Positions 16,674 to 24,507 of a stretch of DNA of 28,900 bases are shown in pieces. The notes under the pieces are model-generated. The model was not told where the DNA came from. It searched no databases and worked only from the letters and a program-made list of their open reading frames with translations. Positions within the stretch are counted from its first letter, which is position 1, and the number at the start of each line of letters is the position of its first letter. The stretch spans positions 1 to 28,900 of the IMG/VR virus record IMGVR_UViG_3300037310_000289. One strand, written 5' to 3'. The DNA is from a virus. Lineage: Duplodnaviria; Caudoviricetes. The position numbers and the translations under genes are program-made.

Positions 16674-17227
16674 CGCAGCCCCTGCTGGAAGCGCTGCACC
16701 TGCGGCGCGAAGGTTTGTTCGAAGGCGCGCAGGGCCTCGGAGGACTTGCCGGTGGCGCCGCGCAGGAAGAAGGCGCCGGGCTTGCGAGCGCCGGTGCCGG
16801 GGCGGGCGTCTGCGCGGCGCACGGCGCGGCTGCCGCCGCGGCGCGGGCCGGTGGCGGGCTGCCAGCCGAACTCCTGCCAACGCCAGTAGAACGGATCCTT
16901 GGGGTTGCGCGCGCTGCCGCCCTTGAGCGGGCGCACGTTGACGAATACGCCCACGTCACCGTTGCGCGTGTCGCGCTTGCTGGTGCGCACGCTGATGGCG
17001 CGGCGCAGCGTGCCGATGGCGCGGATGCCCCGCTGCAGTGCCGAGCGGCCGGCGTAGGTGGAGACCTTGAGCACGGGCGCGCGGCGGCGCGCTTCGTCGC
17101 GGAACACGCGGCCGGCCGCTGCCAGGCTGTTGCGCAGCGCGCGGCGGCGCAACTGTTTGGGCAGCTCGCGCAGGGCCTTCTTGACGGCGATCGTGCTTGC
17201 GGTCAGGCGGATCAGTTCACCGGCCAT
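16670..17227 (-). CDS. HK97 gp10-family tail-component protein
   Basis: AR.RAP...G.LRR.I, FYWR..EFG and P..FL motifs. Basic protein in the canonical position. Confidence 0.85.
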   Translation of the reverse strand: MAGELIRLTASTIAVKKALRELPKQLRRRALRNSLAAAGRVFRDEARRRAPVLKVSTYAGRSALQRGIRAIGTLRRAISVRTSKRDTRNGDVGVFVNVRPLKGGSARNPKDPFYWRWQEFGWQPATGPRRGGSRAVRRADARPGTGARKPGAFFLRGATGKSSEALRAFEQTFAPQVQRFQQGLR

Positions 17228-17555
17228 CGCGCACCCCGGTGACGCAGTACAGGTCGAGCGATTCTTTCATGCCGTAGGCATCGACCGGCGGGCTGGCAAT
17301 GTCGTAGTTCGCGCTGCGCCAGATGACTCGCCAAGTGGGCAGCACGCCGGAGCGCCAGCGGATGCGGAACATCACGGGGCCCTCGGCCTGCATCTGCAGA
17401 GCAGCGAAATACTCGGCGCCACGCTTGGGGTCGGCGCTGGCCCAGACGGTGGCCACGTCGGCCCAGGCCTTGGTGACCTCGCCCGATGGCTGCCGCGTTT
17501 GCACGGGCTCCTGCAGCGTGATGCGCTGATCGAGGCGGCCGGCGTTGACGCTCAT
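17217..17555 (-). CDS. Head closure/head-tail adaptor (SPP1 gp16-like)
   Basis: AG.L..RITLQ.P.......GE....W..VATVWA......G.E and FRIR motifs. Confidence 0.88.
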   Translation of the reverse strand: MSVNAGRLDQRITLQEPVQTRQPSGEVTKAWADVATVWASADPKRGAEYFAALQMQAEGPVMFRIRWRSGVLPTWRVIWRSANYDIASPPVDAYGMKESLDLYCVTGVRDGR

Positions 17556-18139
17556 ACAGTGATCAGGCGCCAGCCGTCGAGCAGCGCGTCAATGAAGCGG
17601 CCGGGCATGGGCGTGGCTGAGGTGCCGACAATGTAGGCTTCTGGGTTGCGCAGGCGCGCGCCGACGTGAGCAAGGATCCAGTCCTTGACTTCTGCGGGCA
17701 CGTCGGCCACGGCACCGAAGCCGCAGACGATGGTGACGGTGACGGCGTTGGGGCGCACATCGATAGTCGGCCAAGTGACGCTGTCTGCGCGCACGAGGCG
17801 GCCGGGAGCGCGCGTGACATCGACGTGATAGGACGTGCCGGCGAGTGTTTGCGTGGCGCCTGCTTCGTCGACGTACTGGACGCTGGTGACGCTGGTGCAG
17901 CCGAAAGGAAGCTGGATCGCGCCGCATGCGGGGAACCCATCAAGCGTGAGCACCCATGTCTGGGTGAGCAGCGCGCGGCGCAGCTCGGTTTCGGCCTGGC
18001 GCGTGGCGCTGCGGATCAGGCGCGTCAGCTCGGCGTCGAGGTCGGAGCCGTCGATGCGCAGCGCGAGCTTGGCCTCGGCCAACGTGACGACGAGGTCCGT
18101 CGCCGGCGGCGTGACGAGGCTGAAGCCGTGCAGTTGCAT
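17552..18139 (-). CDS. Head-tail connector (HK97 gp6 / phiE125 gp8-like), 195 aa
   Basis: VTLAEAK..LRID...D..L..LI..A...AE....RALLTQTW, V.YVD..G, WP.....P.AV......GFG....VP motifs. Confidence 0.88.
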   Translation of the reverse strand: MQLHGFSLVTPPATDLVVTLAEAKLALRIDGSDLDAELTRLIRSATRQAETELRRALLTQTWVLTLDGFPACGAIQLPFGCTSVTSVQYVDEAGATQTLAGTSYHVDVTRAPGRLVRADSVTWPTIDVRPNAVTVTIVCGFGAVADVPAEVKDWILAHVGARLRNPEAYIVGTSATPMPGRFIDALLDGWRLITV

Positions 18140-18144
18140 GAGGG

Positions 18145-18399
18145 TCAGCCGTTGGGGCCGGCGAGAGCGGAAGACTTCTTGCCGCGGCGGGTGGTGGCCT
18201 CCGAAGGCGCTTGCGCGACGAGCGGCTCGGGACCCAGCAGCGTGCTCACAGCAACGCGCTCGTTGCAGTGCTCGGCCGCGCCGCGGCGCACCCACCGCTC
18301 GCACGAGGCCTCGGGCAGCTCGTACACCTGACCGGCCTTGAACACCTGCGGCTCGGCCTCGACGGTGGTTCGGTCCTGAGTGAACTTGATGAAGGGCAT
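18145..18399 (-). CDS. Small phage head-module protein (84 aa)
   Basis: RBS GGGAG and ATG at 18399. F.AG.VYELPE....RWV.RG.A motif with a basic low-complexity tail. Confidence 0.7.
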   Translation of the reverse strand: MPFIKFTQDRTTVEAEPQVFKAGQVYELPEASCERWVRRGAAEHCNERVAVSTLLGPEPLVAQAPSEATTRRGKKSSALAGPNG

Positions 18400-18413
18400 T
18401 GAATGCGCTCCCG

Positions 18414-18495
18414 TTGAAAGATCACGCCCCGCTGACGGAATGCCGGGCGGGACGTGGAAGAGGACTTGCATCCTCGGAGGAGACAACTGCGTTCA
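18414..18495 (-). ncRNA. Candidate structured RNA with anti-Shine-Dalgarno motif (betaproteobacterial toxic sRNA-like)
   Basis: GTTGTCTCCTCC (18487-18476), then a GAGGAT-GCAA-GTCCTC hairpin, then a 10-bp stem CACGTCCCGC/GCGGGGCGTG followed by ATCTTT. Ends are approximate. Confidence 0.45.
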
Positions 18496-18498
18496 GGT

Positions 18499-18948
18499 TC
18501 AGCCGACGACCTCGTCCACCGTGGCGGCGTCCACGCCGGTGGCGGGGCCACGCGCGGGGAGCACGCCGAGCACGATGCCGCCGCAATCGCTGGTGGCGGT
18601 GGCCACCGTCATCGACAGGCGGAAGTGGGTGAAGGCGTTGTCGACATCGAGCTCTTCGGGGCGCAGGTTGATCACAACCTGCTTGTTGCTGTCGGTACCG
18701 GCTTGCGTGAGCTGGGTGGCCTTGCCGGTGATGTCCTTGGCACCGGTGCCGCTGGCGTTTTGCGCCTGCTCGAGCTTGGCGTCGAGCGTGGCGCCGGCGC
18801 CAAGGTCGCCGGCCAGGACGAGGGCCGCGAAGGCCTGGTAGTCCTTGGCGGCGATCCAGTCGGTGGTAACGGTGCTGGCGGCATAGGCGTCGGGGTCGAT
18901 GTTGCCGACGATGCCGACCAGCTCGGAAGGCTTGGCATTGAGCATCAT
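18499..18948 (-). CDS. Probable capsid decoration/cement protein (149 aa)
   Basis: Immediately after the capsid gene, with strong RBS AAAGGA. Beta-rich Ala/Gly/Thr sequence (LEQA..ASG.GAKDI.G...VINL...ELD..N.F.H.R). Confidence 0.65.
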   Translation of the reverse strand: MMLNAKPSELVGIVGNIDPDAYAASTVTTDWIAAKDYQAFAALVLAGDLGAGATLDAKLEQAQNASGTGAKDITGKATQLTQAGTDSNKQVVINLRPEELDVDNAFTHFRLSMTVATATSDCGGIVLGVLPARGPATGVDAATVDEVVG

Positions 18949-18973
18949 GATGCTGTGTCCTTTCAGTGATGGG

Positions 18974-20251
18974 TTAGGCGCGCTCGGCCAGGAAGACAAA
19001 CGGCGAGCGGGTGTTGCTGCTGTTGGGCGGCGTGACGGCCTGGGTCAGCACCGGCTTGGCATCGACGCGGAACGTGAAGCGCCATGCGTTCATGTTCTGG
19101 TCGAAGTACAGATGCATGGACGATGCAGTCTCGATGCCGCCGGCCTTCTGGATGGCGCGCTGGTATTTCCAGTTGACGAGACCAATGTCGCCAACGTCGC
19201 CTACCGTGTCCATCACATCGGACTCGATGATGGGCAGGCCCAGCAAGCGGCCCAGCGGCGCATCGGCCATGCCGCTGTTCGGCGCCGTCCAGATAGGTTG
19301 ATCGCCCAGCGTCATCACGACAAGCTGAGGAAGCACATCCGGATTGATCATCCAGACCGCGCCGCTCTTGCGGATCTGGCGTGCAAACATCTTGGCGATG
19401 TTGGCGGCGACCACCGTGTCGGCGGCTTGGCCGGATTCCTTGGCGACATCGATGCGCGCGGCGGAGCCGAAGATGCCCTCGGGCTGGCCGACACCGCTGC
19501 CGCTGAACAGGGCCAGGTTGGTCTTCCAGCGGATCGACTGGCTGGCCTTGCCGGCGATGTAGCTGCCCACGGCCACGCCATCGGCCTGCAGCTCATCGGT
19601 CACCGGGATCAGGGCCACCAGCTTCTTCAGGCGCAGGGTGTTGACTTCGCCCTTGGGCTTGGTCTGCGTGGCCGCGGCGGCCTCGTTCTCCCAGTAGGCG
19701 CGCACGCCGTCGGTGCCCCAGGGAGTCGTCTCGTCCTTGGGGTAGGACATGGTGTTGCCGGCGATGGACTGGCCGTCGCACATGGGCAGGAAGGCGTCTT
19801 CCTCGAGCGAATGCTGCCAGACCTCGCGCGAGTACTCGGGCGGCACGAGGAAGCCGCCGTCCGCCAGACTGCCTTCGTTGGCGTAGGTAGTGGCGGCGGC
19901 GCCGAACCGCAGGCGCTCGTCGTCCTGGCCGAGGATCTGCTGCGCGTGCGCGGCGCGCACGAACTCGGCCATGCTGGCGAAGCCGTGCGTGGGATCGTCG
20001 GCGCGCAGATCGCGGCCGGCTTCAAGGCGGGCGTTCGCGGGCAGCGCCAGCGCGCTGCCGCGCTCGGCTTCGATGGCGGCCTTGACGCGGGCAATGTCGC
20101 CGTCGAGCGCAGCCACTTCGGCCTGCGAGGCGTCGAAAGCGGCTTGCTGCTCGGCGGTGAGCGCGGCGTCGCCGGCGTCGGTGTGAATCTTGTTCATGGC
20201 GGCCACGGCCGCCGCGCGGCGCTGCAGGAGCGCTTGGAGTCGCTTGTTCAT
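18974..20251 (-). CDS. Major capsid protein, HK97 fold (425 aa)
   Basis: N-terminal coiled-coil delta domain, DGGFLVP, W..E, KL.ALIPVTDEL..D, G.G.GQP.GI, LLGLPI and F....R.D motifs. Confidence 0.95.
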   Translation of the reverse strand: MNKRLQALLQRRAAAVAAMNKIHTDAGDAALTAEQQAAFDASQAEVAALDGDIARVKAAIEAERGSALALPANARLEAGRDLRADDPTHGFASMAEFVRAAHAQQILGQDDERLRFGAAATTYANEGSLADGGFLVPPEYSREVWQHSLEEDAFLPMCDGQSIAGNTMSYPKDETTPWGTDGVRAYWENEAAAATQTKPKGEVNTLRLKKLVALIPVTDELQADGVAVGSYIAGKASQSIRWKTNLALFSGSGVGQPEGIFGSAARIDVAKESGQAADTVVAANIAKMFARQIRKSGAVWMINPDVLPQLVVMTLGDQPIWTAPNSGMADAPLGRLLGLPIIESDVMDTVGDVGDIGLVNWKYQRAIQKAGGIETASSMHLYFDQNMNAWRFTFRVDAKPVLTQAVTPPNSSNTRSPFVFLAERA

Positions 20252-21276
20252 GGTGAGGGTTCCTTTGCGGTGGTTGAAGCGACAGATGCGGCCGTGGGGC
20301 CGCCCAGCGCGCCGTCTTCGGACGGCCGCTGTGCAAGGGCTCTGTCAGGCCCCGCGGGTAGGCGTGCGGCGATCGCCAGGGCGCGGGCGCGGGCGTTGCT
20401 GCTCATGCCCTTCTGGTTGCGCTTCTTGGCGTATCGCGCGATGGTGTTTTCGAGCGTGTCGATGCGGTCGGCCATGCCGGCAGCCACGGCGTCCTTGGCC
20501 AGCAGCATGCGGCCCTCGCCGAAGGCAGCGCCGCGCACGGTGTCAAGCGGCAGGTTGCGGCCCTTGGCGACGGCCTTGGTGAAGCTGGCGTAGAGCTCAT
20601 CGGACATGGCTTGCAAGTAGCTGCGCGTCTCGTCGCTGAGCGGGCCGGTGTCTGCGCCCTCCACCTTGTACTTGCCGGAGTGGATGTGCGTGATGCGCAG
20701 GCCCTTGGACTCGTAGTACTTGCTGGCATCGACGTGAGCCATGCGCACGCCGATGCTGCCCACCATGCTGTCGGGCGCCATCACGAGCTCGCTGCATTGG
20801 CTGGCCAGCCAGTAGCCGCCGCTGGCCGCCTGGCTGTTCACGACGCCGATGACGGGCTTGATCTGCGCAGCTGCGGTGATGCGCGCGCTGGCCTCGCTGA
20901 CACCCATGGCATCGCCGCCCGGGGTATCGAAGTCGATGACGATGGCGCCGATCTCTGGATCGGCTGCCGCTGCCGATACGCGCATGCCAAGGCGCTCGCT
21001 GCTGGTGAGCGGCGAGCTGCTGTTCTCCACCGCGTACTGCCGCGCCGTGAGGATGCCGTAGGCCGGGATCACGGCCACGCTGCCGCCGCCGCTGGCAGCC
21101 GCGGCCTGCGCGCGCGCAGCGTTGGTTTGCGGCGCGTCGCCGACGGCGGCTTGCACCTCCTCGGCCGACAGGCGCACGCCGCTGGCCCAGCGCTCCGCCA
21201 CTTGGAGGATGAGCGCCATGGTGATCGGATGCAGCGCCCACGGGCGCGAGTAGATAGCGTCAAGCAGGTGGATCAT
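20248..21276 (-). CDS. Prohead protease, S49 (SppA-like) family
   Basis: DTPGG, AASGGYWLAS, VGSIGV, GKYK, F...VA.GR and G.AD.I motifs. Directly upstream of the capsid. Confidence 0.92.
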   Translation of the reverse strand: MIHLLDAIYSRPWALHPITMALILQVAERWASGVRLSAEEVQAAVGDAPQTNAARAQAAAASGGGSVAVIPAYGILTARQYAVENSSSPLTSSERLGMRVSAAAADPEIGAIVIDFDTPGGDAMGVSEASARITAAAQIKPVIGVVNSQAASGGYWLASQCSELVMAPDSMVGSIGVRMAHVDASKYYESKGLRITHIHSGKYKVEGADTGPLSDETRSYLQAMSDELYASFTKAVAKGRNLPLDTVRGAAFGEGRMLLAKDAVAAGMADRIDTLENTIARYAKKRNQKGMSSNARARALAIAARLPAGPDRALAQRPSEDGALGGPTAASVASTTAKEPSP

Positions 21277-21287
21277 GGTGGCGGCTC

Positions 21288-21530
21288 TCAGATGAGTTCC
21301 ATCAACAACAGCGCCTCGTCTTCTTCAACGACGCGTCGGCGCTTGGGCGGGATGAAGGTGCCGTAGCCAGGGAAAGGAAGCTTCGGTGCGGGCGAGCCGA
21401 TCGTTTGCAGGTTGCCGGAAGCGCTGATGCTGATGCTGGCGTGGCCGCTGAGCGAGCCGGGGTCGCTGCCGCCGCTGCTGCCCCACCAAGCACCCGGCCA
21501 GTCGCCCAGCCACCGGCCCTGCGTGGCCAT
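21288..21530 (-). CDS. Hypothetical phage protein (80 aa), Trp/Gly-rich N-terminus and EEDEALLLMELI C-terminus
   Basis: Fills the gap before the protease and shares the SG.A.ISI.ASG repeat unit with the upstream gene. Confidence 0.65.
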   Translation of the reverse strand: MATQGRWLGDWPGAWWGSSGGSDPGSLSGHASISISASGNLQTIGSPAPKLPFPGYGTFIPPKRRRVVEEDEALLLMELI

Positions 21531-21533
21531 GCA

Positions 21534-22310
21534 TCAGTCCCCGTCGAGCGCATCGATCGTCCTCGTGCCGGCGCTGTAGGTGCCGTCGATACGCACCGTG
21601 ATCCCGTCCAGTCCGGTGAACTGTGGGTTGCTGCCCTCCAGGCCGGTGGCAGCGCCGGCGGCATGCGCGGCAATGAGGCGCAGGATCTGCTCTGCCGTGA
21701 AGCCTGCCTCAATGATGCGCTCCCAGACGGCGACGGCCAGATTCTGCGGGCTGAGCTCGGCGTAGGGCGTGGAGGCGCCGGACAGCGATAGCAGGCCGCG
21801 CAGGTCTGCGGTGCCGGTGAGACTGATCGAAGCCGCGCCGCCGAATGGCACGATGAGGCCGAGGTTGGAGGCATTGCCCGTGAAACTGAACGCGGCGGCG
21901 CCATCCAGGCCAATGGTGAGCGACAGCAGCGCGTCATTGCCTTGCAGCACGATGGTGGCATCGCCAGACAGGCCGACGATGAGCGCGGCCGAACCCGAGG
22001 CGGTGATGGACACGGCTGCCGCGCCGGACATGGGGCCGCCCGACAGCACGTTCGCGGCGCCGTCAAGGCGGATGTCGTCGGCGTCGTTGGCCGCGGCCAT
22101 GCCGCCGGCGACGAGGGGCGCAAGGACGCACGCGCGCCCGCCGAATGCGCCCTCGGGAATGCTCGAGGTGTTGCTGAGCTGCGCGTTGGCAAACAGCGCA
22201 ACTTGCCTCTGGCGCAGAACAATGGGCTGCTGCGCTTGGCCGGCGAGCCCGACATGATTGGTCGGAAACAGTCCCAGCAGATCGCGCCGATTGTTGGGCC
22301 AGAGCGCCAT
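21534..22310 (-). CDS. Hypothetical fibre-like structural protein (258 aa)
   Basis: TGATG-coupled start. About five ~21-aa G.A.(I/V/F).....A.L repeats, then LSPQNLAVAVW...TAEQILRLIAA. Confidence 0.75.
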   Translation of the reverse strand: MALWPNNRRDLLGLFPTNHVGLAGQAQQPIVLRQRQVALFANAQLSNTSSIPEGAFGGRACVLAPLVAGGMAAANDADDIRLDGAANVLSGGPMSGAAAVSITASGSAALIVGLSGDATIVLQGNDALLSLTIGLDGAAAFSFTGNASNLGLIVPFGGAASISLTGTADLRGLLSLSGASTPYAELSPQNLAVAVWERIIEAGFTAEQILRLIAAHAAGAATGLEGSNPQFTGLDGITVRIDGTYSAGTRTIDALDGD

Positions 22311-23185
22311 CAGTCCCACACCATCTCGAGGTGGCCGGCGAAGGTGGTGGAGGCCGCCACGGCGCCACCGGCTATGAGGATGAAGGCCAGGCACGCGCCG
22401 TCGGGGATGACTGGCAGGCTGGGCACTTGGGAGAGCATGTCCTTGTTGTGGTACAGCGAAACGACGCCCAGCGGAATCTCGATGATCGGCTTGGCGAGCA
22501 CGAGCGCGCCGGTGCCGGTGTTGGCTGCGCTGAATTGGACGGACGCGACATTGCGAACGCCGTAGTCGCCCGATGCGAGCGGCAGGAAGGGCGTGTAGTT
22601 GTTGGCTGCGACGCCCGAGTGGCTGATGTGGCCGACGATAGCCGAGGCCGTCATGGCCACCGTGACCGGCAGGGTGTTGCCAGTGTTGCCAGCCTGATCT
22701 GTGTAGCTGAGCGCGAAGTTCTGCGCTGTAGCGCCGGCGGCCGTAGTCTGCACCCAGTACAGCCGAAGCCCCTGCCCGTCGGTGGCGCGCAGCGACGGCG
22801 TGCCAACAAGCGTTTGCGTAGCCGTTGTGTTGTTGGAGATGCCTGGCCAATAGCCCTCGATGTCCACCAGCAGCAGGGTGCTCGGGATGCCGGTGGCCGC
22901 CGTGGCGATGGCGCCCATGTTCAGCACATGCTTCACGTCGGGCGTGACGTTGCCGCCGTGGCGGATGCCGAAGATCTGCGTGCCGTTGCCGGCGGCCTCG
23001 TCGCACTCGATGAAGTTCAGTGCGGTGCCGGCCCAGGCATTGGCCACGGGGTGTCCGGCCAGAGCGCTCATGTCATACGCGCGGCCGGCGGTGTAGGCAG
23101 AGCCGCCGGTAATCTTGTTGAAGTCGGTGCGCCAGCGCTGCCCGGCGGCCAGTGCGTTGATGATGGCGTTGAGCGAAGTGAGCAT
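22310..23185 (-). CDS. Hypothetical beta-rich structural protein (291 aa), paralogue of 23192..24064
   Basis: Clean ORF with motifs shared with its neighbour along the full length. Confidence 0.8.
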   Translation of the reverse strand: MLTSLNAIINALAAGQRWRTDFNKITGGSAYTAGRAYDMSALAGHPVANAWAGTALNFIECDEAAGNGTQIFGIRHGGNVTPDVKHVLNMGAIATAATGIPSTLLLVDIEGYWPGISNNTTATQTLVGTPSLRATDGQGLRLYWVQTTAAGATAQNFALSYTDQAGNTGNTLPVTVAMTASAIVGHISHSGVAANNYTPFLPLASGDYGVRNVASVQFSAANTGTGALVLAKPIIEIPLGVVSLYHNKDMLSQVPSLPVIPDGACLAFILIAGGAVAASTTFAGHLEMVWD

Positions 23186-23191
23186 GCGGCT

Positions 23192-24064
23192 CTATCCCCA
23201 GATGAAGGTCGCCTGACCAAACATCGCCACAGTGCGGGCGCTGCCGTTGGGCATGTAGAAGAACCCGAGGTGCGCACCATCAAGCACGCGCGGCAGGTTG
23301 AAGGAATCGACCGCGCACAGATCGCGCTCGGAGAAGACGGTCTGCGTGACGCCGGCCAGGCCGCCTCGCCAGTTGACGCGAGCGATGGGCTTGACCATGT
23401 ACACAGCCCACAGGCCGCCGGGGGCGGTGGTGAAAGTGATGCTGTCGATGCTGCGCACGCCGGGGCCATCGGTGGGCAGGTACAGGGCGCCCGTGGACGC
23501 GCCGGTGGTCTGCATCGAGAAAGACGCCTTGCCGGCCCCGAAGACGGCGCTGTACACGGTGAGGCTGCGCGCGGTGCCTACTGCGTCGGTGTAATCGATG
23601 ACGATCGGGCTGCCGGCGGCGAGCGCGGGGGCGATGTGATTGACGAGCACGGCGCGCACGCCCATGCCATCCGCGTAGCGCGGCAGCGGTAGCGCGTTCT
23701 CCATCGCCTGCGGGTCTGTGTTGTCGCCGTCGATCAGCGGATACACGGCCAGCAGGTCGTACATCTCGAACTCGACCGCGAGCTGGCCGGTGCCGCCGGA
23801 TGTGACGTACACGCTCAGGCCGCAGAGATGGCGCGTCTGCGGCGCGGCCACAGGCGGAAAGAAGATCGCATCGTTGGCCGCCGCGACGATGGGCGTGAGC
23901 GTGAGTGCGTCGCCGATGCGCGCGTCATACGCGGGCTGGCCGGAGGCATACGACCAGTCCTGCCAGTGGTTGTCGCCAGCAGAGCCGGCGTTCTTCAAGA
24001 AGCGCTGGCGGTGCACGCGGCCTTCATCGAAGGCACTGGATACGTCACGCGGCGAGCGGATCAT
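23192..24064 (-). CDS. Hypothetical beta-rich structural protein (290 aa), paralogue of 22310..23185
   Basis: Start MIRSPRDV at a TGATG overlap, with motifs shared with its neighbour. Confidence 0.8.
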   Translation of the reverse strand: MIRSPRDVSSAFDEGRVHRQRFLKNAGSAGDNHWQDWSYASGQPAYDARIGDALTLTPIVAAANDAIFFPPVAAPQTRHLCGLSVYVTSGGTGQLAVEFEMYDLLAVYPLIDGDNTDPQAMENALPLPRYADGMGVRAVLVNHIAPALAAGSPIVIDYTDAVGTARSLTVYSAVFGAGKASFSMQTTGASTGALYLPTDGPGVRSIDSITFTTAPGGLWAVYMVKPIARVNWRGGLAGVTQTVFSERDLCAVDSFNLPRVLDGAHLGFFYMPNGSARTVAMFGQATFIWG

Positions 24065-24504
24065 CAGTCCACCGTGGCCGTGAGTTGACCAGGATTGAAC
24101 AGCGGAGTGATGCCGGCGCTGATGGAGCGCGCGGCGGTGAGCGCGCCGCTGACGATGATTTGCGCGCCGGCACCGCTGCCTGAGCAGACGCTGAAGTGCG
24201 TGGCGGTGGCGCTGCCGGCAGTGCATTCGCCGAACTGAATGGTGGCGGCGTTTTGGACGGTGGGGCCGGTGACCGTCCAGCCGACGCCAGATCGCGGCAC
24301 GGCCACGGGCGCGTAACCGGTGTACGACACTTCGCTGGTGTCGCCAGCGCCAGCCTCGCCGGGATCAGCGGTGTGCAGACGGACGTGAAAGTCCCCTGCG
24401 GTGGCGCTGTTTTGCAGGCCGCCCGCATCGCCAATGTTGGCCCAGTCGGTGTTCAAGAACAGCAGGTTCAGCAGTGCCGTCTCGGCGGCGTTGGACATGC
24501 TCAT
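24064..24504 (-). CDS. Small virion structural protein (146 aa), L.TADPGE...E..Y.GY family often labelled tail-fibre-associated or Gp80-like
   Basis: MSN..E..LL.L.F, LHTADPGEAG, EVSYTGYA, N...I.F and G..P.F..G.L motifs. RBS AAGGA. Confidence 0.75.
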   Translation of the reverse strand: MSMSNAAETALLNLLFLNTDWANIGDAGGLQNSATAGDFHVRLHTADPGEAGAGDTSEVSYTGYAPVAVPRSGVGWTVTGPTVQNAATIQFGECTAGSATATHFSVCSGSGAGAQIIVSGALTAARSISAGITPLFNPGQLTATVD

Positions 24505-24507
24505 GGG

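Noticed and set aside
18949-18999. +1 frameshift fusing capsid to the decoration protein (the decoration frame is open across the capsid stop)
   Set aside because: The capsid ends GCC TAA rather than a shift-prone CCC TAA, and the downstream gene has its own strong RBS.
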